From an uncultured Gemmatimonadota bacterium (GTDB taxonomy: Bacteria; GCA-2686955): a DNA stretch of 52,830 nucleotides. A model generated the notes under the pieces. The model saw only the letters and a list, made by a program, of their open reading frames with translations, did no database searches and had not been told where the DNA came from. Numbering within the stretch: position 1 is the first letter of the stretch; the number at the start of each line of letters is the position of its first letter. The stretch is from assembly GCA_964490075.1 (NCBI GenBank), contig CAZBBK010000038.1:1-52830 (forward strand). Reading direction: 5' to 3'. This document shows, one piece after another, positions 44,911 to 52,830 of this stretch. Made by a program: the position numbers and the translations under genes.

Positions 44911-46734
44911 GTGCTGGTGTTCCTGCCGGAGCACTACAACCCGGTGCACGTCAAGACCGTGCTGCTGCACGGAGCGGCGCTGGCCTGCGCGATCGCGCTC
45001 CTGCTGCGCCCACCGCGCTGGCCCGAGGAGCTGCGCGCGGTCGGGTTGGCGGCGCTGGCGTTGGTGGGATGGAGCGCGGCGTCGGCGCTCTGGTCGGACG
45101 ATCCGACGACCGCCCTGGCGGTGACCGGGGATCTCGCGGCGCGCGCGCTCACGGCGGTCGGGGCGGCGATGCTCGCGGCGCGGGCCGGCTCGCGGGGGGT
45201 GGTCCGGGTGGTCGACTCGTTGCTCGCCGCCACCGCGATCGCCTCCCTCTACGGCCTGATCCAGCGCACCGGGTTCGACGCCGTGGAGTACCGCGAGCTG
45301 CCCTCCACCGCGCGCGGCACCCTCGGCAACCCCAACTTTCTGGCCGGCCTCCTGGTGCTGGTGCTGCCGGTGGCGCTGCTGCGGGCGGCTCAGCTACGAG
45401 GCGCGGCTCGGCGTTCCCGGCCCGGGGGGACTCGGATCGGGCCGGCGGCCCGCTGGTCGCTCGCCACGGCGCTGCTGCTGGCGACGACGCTTGTGGCGGC
45501 GGGGTCTACCGGGGCGCTGCTGGCCGTGGTAGCCCTGGCGGGTCTGGTGATCGCTCTGCGGGGCGGACGCCCCGGACGCTGGATCGGAGCGGCCGCGATC
45601 GTGGTGGGACTGGTGGGCGCCGGCATGGCGATCGCACTGGCGCTGCGGGTGGCGCCCAGCGAGCTCGAGGGGCTCGCGGCGGCGATTCGCAGCGGCACCA
45701 CGGAGACCCGGCTGGCGATCTGGGGCGGAAGCCTGCGGGCGGCGGCCGCGGCGCCCTTGCTGGGCGCCGGCGCCGGCGCCTTCCCGGTCGCCTTCGCCCT
45801 CCACCGGCCCTGGGACTACCCGCTGCGCGCGGTCAGCCTCAACACCCGCCACGCCCACAACGAAGCGCTCGAGCTGCTGGTCGAGCTGGGCGCGGTCGGA
45901 CTGGTGCTCGGCGCGGCGCTGGTGCTGGCCGCGGCCAGGGTGACGGCGCGGGCGGCGGCCGAGCGGCGCGGCGAGCGCGACGTGGTGCTGGGGCTGGCGT
46001 TGCTGCTCGGCGTGGCGGGAGTGCTCACCCACGGCGTCGTCGAGGTAATCACGCGCTGGACCGTGCCGGGAGCCATGGCCTGGATCGTCGCCGGGCTGGG
46101 CCTGGGGCTGGTGGCCCGCGGCTCCGCTCCCGCCGGGCGGATGCGCGGCGTGGGGGCCTCCGGGCGGATGGTCGCGGCGCTGCTGCTGCCCCTGGTCGTC
46201 CTGGCGCTGGCCGGCAGCGCTCGCCGGCTCACGATCCAGGCCGATCTCAATCGCGGCGAGCAGGCGCTCCATGCCGGCCGGCCGAAGGCGGCCCGGGCTC
46301 CGCTGGAGCGGGTCGTGGCGCGCGCCCCCCGCGACCTGGAGGGACTCTACAAGCTGGCCTTCGTCGAGCAGGAAGCGGGCAACCACCGGCGGGCGCTGGC
46401 GCTCTACGACCGGATCGCGGCGCTCTCTCCGCAGTTCTCCGAGATCCACCTGAACCGCGGCGTCTGCCTGCTCGGGCTGGGCGACCACGCGGGCGCCTTG
46501 CGGGAGCTCGGGGAGCACCACCGCCGCTCTTGCTCCGACATGGCGCTCTTCTATGCCGCACGGATCGCCGCGACACTCGGGGATCTGGAGCGGGCGCGCG
46601 CGCACGCGCGCGAGATGCGCCGCCTGCAGCGAATCTACCCGGCCGGCCGCATGCCCTTCGGCTGGAAGCCCTTCCTGCGCCAGGTGTCGCCGGAGCACGT
46701 CGCGGCGCTGGAGGCACTGATCGGCACCGACTGA
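44911..46734 (+). CDS. O-antigen ligase-like membrane protein with TPRs (start uncertain)
   Basis: GTLGNPNFLAG, RLAIW, HAHNEALELLVELG, TPRs. The hydrophobic frame extends upstream to ~44866 without an in-frame start. Confidence 0.85.
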   Translation: MLVFLPEHYNPVHVKTVLLHGAALACAIALLLRPPRWPEELRAVGLAALALVGWSAASALWSDDPTTALAVTGDLAARALTAVGAAMLAARAGSRGVVRVVDSLLAATAIASLYGLIQRTGFDAVEYRELPSTARGTLGNPNFLAGLLVLVLPVALLRAAQLRGAARRSRPGGTRIGPAARWSLATALLLATTLVAAGSTGALLAVVALAGLVIALRGGRPGRWIGAAAIVVGLVGAGMAIALALRVAPSELEGLAAAIRSGTTETRLAIWGGSLRAAAAAPLLGAGAGAFPVAFALHRPWDYPLRAVSLNTRHAHNEALELLVELGAVGLVLGAALVLAAARVTARAAAERRGERDVVLGLALLLGVAGVLTHGVVEVITRWTVPGAMAWIVAGLGLGLVARGSAPAGRMRGVGASGRMVAALLLPLVVLALAGSARRLTIQADLNRGEQALHAGRPKAARAPLERVVARAPRDLEGLYKLAFVEQEAGNHRRALALYDRIAALSPQFSEIHLNRGVCLLGLGDHAGALRELGEHHRRSCSDMALFYAARIAATLGDLERARAHAREMRRLQRIYPAGRMPFGWKPFLRQVSPEHVAALEALIGTD

Positions 46735-46740
46735 CGTTAC

Positions 46741-48393
46741 TCAGCCGGCCTCCGGCACCCCTTCCCCCTCGCGCAGAGTCCGGTAACGATCCGCCGCCCC
46801 CCCCGCGAAGCGCTCCACCTTCCCGCCGGTCCAGTGCACCTCCAGCCACTCCACCTCGGCGGCATCGCCCAACCCGAAGTGCATCCTGGGGTCGGACTGG
46901 CTCAGGTAGCCGCTCACCGGTTGGTGGACCGCGACCCGCTCCCGCCCGCCCGCGCGCAGACGGACCCTCGCCCCCACAGTCGCCGCCGGCCCGGCCCGCC
47001 CTCGGAGCGTGATCCCGAGCCAGTGGCGGCGGCTGCCGACCTCGTTGCGCAGCAGCACCGCGCCGGCGATCAGGTCGACATGCGACACGATCAGATCGAG
47101 ATCGCCGTCGTCGTCGTAGTCGATCGTGGCCGCGGCGCGCCCCGAGCGCTTGCCGCGGAAGTAGTCCCCCGCCCTCGCCGCGGCGTTCGCGAAATGTCCC
47201 CGCCCGTCGTTCTCCAGGAGCAGAGGAGGCTGCAGCACCAGCTCCTCGGCCGTGCCGTTGGCCGAGAAGATGTCCAGGTCGCCGTCGTTGTCGTAGTCGA
47301 AGAGCGCCGCCGACCACTCCCCCTTGCCGCGAAAAGCTGTCGCGATCGCGCTCGACTCGGTGATGTCGGCGAACGCGCCGCCTCCCAGATTGCGGTAGAG
47401 CGCGCCGTAGCGCAGGTCGGTGACCAGCAGATCCACCCGTCCGTCGCCGTCGACGTCGCCGAGCGTGCCGTGCATCGATCCGGTCGGCATTCCCTGGTCA
47501 TTGGCGGCGACCCCCGCGCCGCGGGCGATGTCGACGAAGCGGCCGGCGCCCTCGTTGCGGAACAGGAAATTGAGCTGGTGGTCGTTGCCCTGGAAGAGAT
47601 CCAGATCGCCGTCGTCGTCGCAGTCGAAGAGCGTCAGCCCCATGCACTTGGAGTCGGGAAAGTGCAGCCCGAGCTGTTTCGTCACGGCGGCGAAACGACC
47701 GTCGCTCCCGCGCCGGTAGAACATCGACGCCTGGCCGCGGTACTCCCCGGGGTGCGGCATCATGTCGGGCGCCGTCGGCGACACATATTCCGGATCGAAG
47801 GCCAGGAAGTTGGCGACCATCAGATCGAGAGCGCCGTCCCGGTCCTGATCCCAGAACAGCGCCCCGACGCTCCACTTGGTGAAGCCGTTCAACAGGTCGG
47901 GACCGCGCAGCCCCAGCTCGTCGGTGGAATCGACGAAGCTGCCGTCGCCGCGATTCTCGTAGAAGACGTTGGGGCCGTAGTTCAACAGGTAGATGTCGGT
48001 GTCACCGTCGGCGTCGACGTCGAACGCCGCCGCGGCCATGCTCCAGTGGCGATCGGCCACCCCGCAGCGTTCGGCGACCTCGGTGAAGGTGCCGTCGCCG
48101 TCGTTGCGGTAGAGAGAGTTGGCGGTGTTGGCGTTCACGCTGCCCGCGAGATCGCTGATCCCTTCCAGGTAGGTGCCGTTGAGCAGGTAGAGATCCATGT
48201 CGCCGTCGCCGTCGTAGTCGAGCACGGTGACGCCCGAGCCGCTGCTTTCCAGGATGTTCTGGTAGCTGGTGTCGCCGAAGGTGTAGCGGAAGTCGATCCC
48301 CGCCTCTTCCGTCACATCGGTGAAGACGACCGGAGCGGGCGAGCCGCAGGCGGCACAAATCAGGGGCAGCAGGAAGGAACACACTCGGCGCAT
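46741..48393 (-). CDS. CRTAC1 / FG-GAP repeat ASPIC-UnbV lipoprotein
   Basis: Repeated DYDGDGDxDL motifs; GYLSQSDPRMHFGLG; lipobox-like CAAC. Confidence 0.93.
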   Translation of the reverse strand: MRRVCSFLLPLICAACGSPAPVVFTDVTEEAGIDFRYTFGDTSYQNILESSGSGVTVLDYDGDGDMDLYLLNGTYLEGISDLAGSVNANTANSLYRNDGDGTFTEVAERCGVADRHWSMAAAAFDVDADGDTDIYLLNYGPNVFYENRGDGSFVDSTDELGLRGPDLLNGFTKWSVGALFWDQDRDGALDLMVANFLAFDPEYVSPTAPDMMPHPGEYRGQASMFYRRGSDGRFAAVTKQLGLHFPDSKCMGLTLFDCDDDGDLDLFQGNDHQLNFLFRNEGAGRFVDIARGAGVAANDQGMPTGSMHGTLGDVDGDGRVDLLVTDLRYGALYRNLGGGAFADITESSAIATAFRGKGEWSAALFDYDNDGDLDIFSANGTAEELVLQPPLLLENDGRGHFANAAARAGDYFRGKRSGRAAATIDYDDDGDLDLIVSHVDLIAGAVLLRNEVGSRRHWLGITLRGRAGPAATVGARVRLRAGGRERVAVHQPVSGYLSQSDPRMHFGLGDAAEVEWLEVHWTGGKVERFAGGAADRYRTLREGEGVPEAG

Positions 48394-48397
48394 GCGC

Positions 48398-49138
48398 TCA
48401 GCGCTCGAACACCAGGAAGTGCTGGTAGGGCAGAATCTCGGTGTGCTCGCCGACCAGGCGCAGATCGGCCGCCGCCATCAGCGACAGAATCTGCTCTTTG
48501 GCGATCTTCATCGCCTCGGGCGGGCCCTTCGGCAGCGGCCCTTCGCGAAACTCGATCAGCGCCACCCGCGCTCCGGGCTCGAGCGCGCCGTGGATCCGCC
48601 TCAGCCAGGCCGGGCGTTCGGCGACGTGGTGCAACACATCGCAGATGAACACCAGGTCGGTGCCGGCCGGGACCGCCGGATCGTCCGGCGCGGTGAGCAG
48701 CGCTTCGATGTTGGCGACACCGGCGGTCATCGCCTTGTGGTGGACGTGGCGCACCATCTCCGCCTCGATGTCGATCGCCCAGACCTTGCCGCGCGGGGCC
48801 GCGGCGGCCAGGGGGAAGCTGAAGTAGCCCGAGCCCGCCCCGACGTCGGCGATCACCTCGTCCCCCTTCAACCCCAGCGCGGCGACCACAGCCTCGGGCT
48901 TCTGCCACTCGGCGCGGTCCGGCTTCTCGAGGAACTCGATGTACTTCTCGACCTCTTCGAAGGGCCGCAGGGCGTGGGGATCGATGCCCTTCTTGCGCAG
49001 GGGGCAGTCGATCTCGGGCTTGCCGGCGTGGGGGGCGGCCGAATCGCCGGCCGGGGTGTGCTGGGCTCGGGCGCTGGGGAGGAGGAAGAGCAGGCTCGAG
49101 GCGGTGGCGGTCGCGACGAGGAGGGCCTTGGGCTGCAT
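48398..49138 (-). CDS. Class I SAM-dependent methyltransferase with N-terminal signal peptide
   Basis: RAEWQKPE, IADVGAGSGYF, VWAIDI, LPYQHFLVF. Confidence 0.9.
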   Translation of the reverse strand: MQPKALLVATATASSLLFLLPSARAQHTPAGDSAAPHAGKPEIDCPLRKKGIDPHALRPFEEVEKYIEFLEKPDRAEWQKPEAVVAALGLKGDEVIADVGAGSGYFSFPLAAAAPRGKVWAIDIEAEMVRHVHHKAMTAGVANIEALLTAPDDPAVPAGTDLVFICDVLHHVAERPAWLRRIHGALEPGARVALIEFREGPLPKGPPEAMKIAKEQILSLMAAADLRLVGEHTEILPYQHFLVFER

Positions 49139-49382
49139 CGTTTTGGCAATCGTCGGGGTGGGAGGGCGTGGTTGGTGGGCGTGGGAGGATAGCGCAGGGA
49201 GAGGGAAGTCGGACGAAGGCCGATCTCCCCCTTGACAATCTCCCCTCACCCCGAAACCCTCAGAATGCAATCTGGTCAGCGGACCACCAGGGTTTCGAGC
49301 AAGCGCGGTCGAGAATCGCCGCGTCGAGAGAGCAGGGTCCGCAGCAATGGATGAGAGGTAACCCATAGAGAGCAGCACTCGC

Positions 49383-49417
49383 GTTCGCCGTTCGCCGTTC
49401 GCCGTTCGCCGTTCGCC
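49383..49417. repeat. Heptamer tandem repeat (GTTCGCC)x5
   Basis: Five perfect copies read directly. Confidence 0.95.
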
Positions 49418-49448
49418 TAAGACGTGCCTGAGCTTCGACCGCTTTTCA

Positions 49449-49473
49449 AGCCCCTTTTCGGGGCTCTTTTCTT
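49449..49473 (+). terminator. Intrinsic terminator-like hairpin
   Basis: AGCCCC-TTTTC-GGGGCT followed by CTTTTCTT. Confidence 0.55.
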
Positions 49474-49584
49474 GTACGCCATGCCCGCGTTCGCAGATTT
49501 CCCGGCCACTGGCTTCTTCTACCCCACCCAGACGACCCGTGCAGGGGCAATGACTATCAGGCTCGCTACCAGTTCGCGGAGGCC

Positions 49585-51594
49585 ATGGAGATGCTCTACG
49601 AGAGCCGCGCCGCGGGCATGGGATCCTCAGCGGTCGAGCTCTGGAACCAGGAGCATGGAAACCTCGGCCCCGATGGCGGCTTTCCGATCGACAGCTTCAC
49701 CGACAAAGCCGACGACAACTCGCTGCTCAATCTCTACGACGCCGAATGGCTGGCCTATCACCCCGAGCTCGACTACCCGATCCTGAAGGCGGCGCTCGAA
49801 GAGATCGACTGCGATGGCGAACAGCTCCGGGTCCTGACCCAGATCGCCGACACCGACTTCTCCGAGCTCTACCCCTACGGTGAAGACGAGGTTGTCGACC
49901 ACGACCTCGGACGTTTTCTGACCGCGGAGGACGGCAAGTACTTCATGCGAATGGTCGGGGGGGCGAGCTTGCACGTCGGCCCCTGCACCGAGTTCGACAC
50001 GATTCAAGAAGCGATCGATGCCGCCGCCGACGGCGACAGTGTCCTGGTGGCGCCGGGCGTCTATCGCGAGCATGTCTACTGGGATGCCAAAGGGATCTCG
50101 CTCATCGGGACGGGAGGGAGCACGAGAACCGCGATCTGTGACACGGTGCCTTTGGAGGCTATCGTGGATGTCGGCTTCACCGTCGCCTCGCCGAACCTAA
50201 TACAGGGTTTCACGATCGAACCGATGCTTGGGCGCGCGATCCACAGCTATCGTGTAGAGATGACAATTCGCGACATCGTCATCAGCGGCTGGCGTCCAGA
50301 TGAGGAAGGCGTCGGTAACCCCGGCTCCAGCATCGGCCTGGCTGTCGGTGGCATGGAAGGCAACGCCCTGATCGAGGACTGCCGCTTCACCGACAACGTG
50401 TGCCGTGAGGCAGTGTCGATAGAAGCCCTGAGCGGCCGCACCAATCTGGTTGTTCGAAACTGCTGGTTCGAGAACAACCGCCACATGGAGTGGAGCACCG
50501 CGGGGGCAACCGCGCTCAGCATCGGCAATACGCCGGAGCGGTCACTCGTGGAGCGTTGCGTATTCATCGACAACCGGCACCTGCTGCAGCCGATGGCGGA
50601 CAGCTTCGGAGCGGCGGTCACCATCACCGGCAACAGCCACATTCGCGGCAACTGGTTCGAGGGGAACTGGGCGCATGAAGGCGCCGCGCTCTGGGTGCAG
50701 GGCTACCACCCCGGCACCTACACTCGAGTATTGAACAACGTCTTCTTGCGCAACCGGGCCATCCCGGAGGACGGCACTGACTACGAACCGGGCAAGAAGG
50801 GTGGCATCGGGGCCGGCCTACTCACTTGGTATCCGTTCGACGACATCACCATCACCAACAACCTCTTCTACGAGAACTTCTGCGAAGCCCACGCCGATTC
50901 CGAAGCCACCGCCCCCTACGGCTCCGCCCTCTCCACCTTCGGGCCCGGCTACGTCTGCAACAACATCATCGTCGGCAACGATGGCGCCGCCGCCCTGCAT
51001 CTGCGCTCCGGGTACCTCGATGCTCACCACAACCTGCTCTACCGCAATCCCGGCGGCAACTACGGCGGAGTCGTCCCCGACACCACCCACGACCTCCACG
51101 CCGACCCCCTCTTCTTCGACCCCGCCCGGGGCGGCTTCCAGCTCCGCCCCGGTTCCCCCGCCATCGACGCCGGCGACCCATCCCCGCCGCTCGGCATCCG
51201 CGATCCCGACGGCACCCGCCTCGATCTCGGCCCCTACCCCTTCGATCGGCGCGCGACCGAGCTGCTCTACGTCGTCCCGCGCCGCAGCGCTGTCCTCGCC
51301 GGCACCTCCATCGAGTTCCACGTGCTGGCCTCCAACCTCGAAGACCACCCCCGCAGTATCGACCTCGATCTCGCCTTCGGCCCCGCCGACAACCCCGAGC
51401 CGATCCTCATCGCCCGCCGCGGCAAACGCCCGGTGCGCGCCCGCGGCTCCTGGGAGGGCACCCTGGAGTTCACCGTCCCCGACGACTCCTTTCCCGGCCC
51501 CTACCGCCTGCGCTTGAGCGCCGGCGACGTGGTGGAAGAAATCGAGATCGAGGTGTTGCCGGGGCGGATCGCGCAAGTACCCGCGGAGCGCTGA
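49585..51594 (+). CDS. Right-handed parallel beta-helix protein (start uncertain)
   Basis: TIQEAIDAA.DGDSVLVAPGVYRE, Asn-ladder repeats (F.DN, F.GN), DPLF...SPAIDAGDP, DGTRLDLG. Confidence 0.85.
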   Translation: MEMLYESRAAGMGSSAVELWNQEHGNLGPDGGFPIDSFTDKADDNSLLNLYDAEWLAYHPELDYPILKAALEEIDCDGEQLRVLTQIADTDFSELYPYGEDEVVDHDLGRFLTAEDGKYFMRMVGGASLHVGPCTEFDTIQEAIDAAADGDSVLVAPGVYREHVYWDAKGISLIGTGGSTRTAICDTVPLEAIVDVGFTVASPNLIQGFTIEPMLGRAIHSYRVEMTIRDIVISGWRPDEEGVGNPGSSIGLAVGGMEGNALIEDCRFTDNVCREAVSIEALSGRTNLVVRNCWFENNRHMEWSTAGATALSIGNTPERSLVERCVFIDNRHLLQPMADSFGAAVTITGNSHIRGNWFEGNWAHEGAALWVQGYHPGTYTRVLNNVFLRNRAIPEDGTDYEPGKKGGIGAGLLTWYPFDDITITNNLFYENFCEAHADSEATAPYGSALSTFGPGYVCNNIIVGNDGAAALHLRSGYLDAHHNLLYRNPGGNYGGVVPDTTHDLHADPLFFDPARGGFQLRPGSPAIDAGDPSPPLGIRDPDGTRLDLGPYPFDRRATELLYVVPRRSAVLAGTSIEFHVLASNLEDHPRSIDLDLAFGPADNPEPILIARRGKRPVRARGSWEGTLEFTVPDDSFPGPYRLRLSAGDVVEEIEIEVLPGRIAQVPAER

Positions 51595-51715
51595 GCACCG
51601 CCACGCCCTCGGGCCTTCCGCGAGACCCCGCCACGGCGCCATCACAACGCGCAACCTCGGCCCGACCCCAAAGGCCAAAGTCCAAAGCCTGAAGCCCCGG
51701 CCGAAGGCCGACCCC

Positions 51716-52096
51716 TCAACCACGAAATCCAAGTGCCCGGGCCACCTCCGATTGACGCCGATCGAAGCTGAAAAAGCACAGCTCCTCGGGCCGACCGGCG
51801 ATGTGCAAGGCACAGGCCAGGTACCAGAGATCGGCGCCGCGCAGATACCCGTGCTCCAGCACGCGGGCGATCTCGGCGGACAGGGGTTCCGCCGGGTGAA
51901 CCCAGGTGATCCAGCTCAGGAAACGATCGACATCGGCGACCTGCTCGCGGGCGAAGGCCGAGCGCAGCTCCGCTTCGAGCAGTCCCGAGGCGATCAGGCG
52001 ATCGAAGCCGCGCAGCCGGCGGGCGACCTTGCGCGCACCGGGCTCATCGAAGGCGATGGCGACCAGAACCGAGGTGTCGACGTAGGCGAGCTTCAA
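51716..52096 (-). CDS. vapC: PIN-domain toxin (VapC family)
   Basis: AYVDTSVLV, LEAEL, LRGADLWYLACAL, FDRRQ. Confidence 0.9.
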   Translation of the reverse strand: MKLAYVDTSVLVAIAFDEPGARKVARRLRGFDRLIASGLLEAELRSAFAREQVADVDRFLSWITWVHPAEPLSAEIARVLEHGYLRGADLWYLACALHIAGRPEELCFFSFDRRQSEVARALGFRG

Positions 52097-52374
52097 TCGC
52101 GAGACTCCAGGAAGCGCTCGAGGGCTCCCTCGCGCGCCGCCGCGGGTCGCAGATCACCGCTGGGTGTCGCCGGCGCTCCCAACACCCCGCTCGCCTGCAG
52201 TCGATCCACACGCTGCTCCAGACTCAAATCGTCCTCACCGATCGGGCGAATCACCGCGACCCCTTCGCCGCGATAGGTGACGACCACCGACGCCCCGTCG
52301 CGGACCTTTCGCAGCAGCTCGCTGAAGCGCGCCTTGGCCTCATAGGTGGAATAGACGAGGGGTGGGCTCTCCAT
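52093..52374 (-). CDS. Phd/YefM family antitoxin
   Basis: YSTYEAKARFSELLRKVRDGASVVVTYRG; overlaps the vapC start. Confidence 0.92.
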   Translation of the reverse strand: MESPPLVYSTYEAKARFSELLRKVRDGASVVVTYRGEGVAVIRPIGEDDLSLEQRVDRLQASGVLGAPATPSGDLRPAAAREGALERFLESRD

Positions 52375-52457
52375 GCCGACAAGCTAATCGATCTAGTCAG
52401 ACCAGTCAAATAATCGCAAAACATGCCGGCCAACCCCAAGCGTGTCGACCGCGGTGG

Positions 52458-52647
52458 TCACGGATCAGCCGCGCCGCGAATCTCGGTCATGAGCTCATCC
52501 ACGTCGCGTCCCTCGATGTGCCGCAGGTGACCGACCCAACGATCCCAACTTCCATCGTCCCCCTCCAGAGCGCGGAGCACGACGCAAGGCCGCGGGAATC
52601 GTGACCTGACCCTTGCTCGTGATCGTGGCGGTCGCGTGGGTGTCCAT
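52458..52647 (-). pseudogene. AbrB/MazE-family antitoxin, internally deleted/frameshifted
   Basis: GAGGAG RBS; MDTHATATITSKGQVTIPAALRRA, then a shifted frame reading SWDRWVGHLRHIEGRDVDELMTEIRG. Confidence 0.7.
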
Positions 52648-52830
52648 GGCTGGCTCCTCGAGTCTCCGTGCCAGGTCTATCGACCGGGGTCTGGTCCTCC
52701 ACCGCTCCCCGAGATGTTAGGCGTCGGGGACGAGGTTGGAGTGCTCTTCAAAACGGCCCCTCCTCGCGAGGGCAGTTCCTCCTACAGGGCCCGGGGCCAG
52801 CTTCAGGGAGTGATGATGGAGTGGAGATCA

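Noticed and set aside
49424-49786. ORF MPELRPLFKPLFGALFLYAMPAFADF as a separate secreted protein
   Set aside because: Its hydrophobic start coincides with a terminator-like hairpin and the rest is off-frame to the beta-helix gene. It could be a frameshifted N-terminus, but that cannot be supported.
51667-51700. Imperfect heptamer run CCAAAGG-CCAAAGT-CCAAAGC-CTGAAGC
   Set aside because: Short, degenerate intergenic repeat with no spacers; not CRISPR-like and no evident function.
52700-52725. attC-like half site (GTTAGGC / GCCTAAC)
   Set aside because: Only one core site was seen, with no complementary partner box and no integrase in the window.

Overview
High-GC bacterial DNA. The first ~22 kb is a CRISPR-Cas type III locus. 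It starts with the 3' end of an array (37-bp repeat ending ATTGAGAC; 45-54 bp spacers that read antisense to coding sequence), followed by debris: an IS66 C-terminus, an MNT gene with truncated HEPN, and a DUF222/HNH fragment. Then comes one tightly coupled run of genes: a type III-D(v)-like module (CARF-HEPN in frame with Cas10, Cas7-Cas5[Csx10], double Cas7, Csx19, Cas7-with-insertion), a complete III-B Cmr module (cmr2-3-1-4-5-6), a third divergent GGDD Cas10-like gene and a CARF/PD-(D/E)xK nuclease. No cas1, cas2 or cas6 is visible. Next is a dTMP/CMP-kinase-like gene coupled to an apparently circularly permuted radical SAM enzyme, then an ECF-sigma-like gene and small peptide genes. The rest is mostly envelope, secreted and housekeeping genes: TPR membrane glycosyltransferase, OMP with an internal TAG, GNAT, S8 and C13 peptidases, GyrI-like genes, Ada, a probable UxxC selenoprotein redoxin with a SECIS-like hairpin, ABC transporter, NfnA-NfnB-rubrerythrin-like fusion, matrixin, O-antigen-ligase-like, CRTAC1-like, methyltransferase, beta-helix protein and TA modules. 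Four unrelated proteins share a ~105-aa C-terminal domain. Several genes carry indels or nonsense codons, so assembly errors must be considered. All family calls come from motif recognition by eye; no searches were run.
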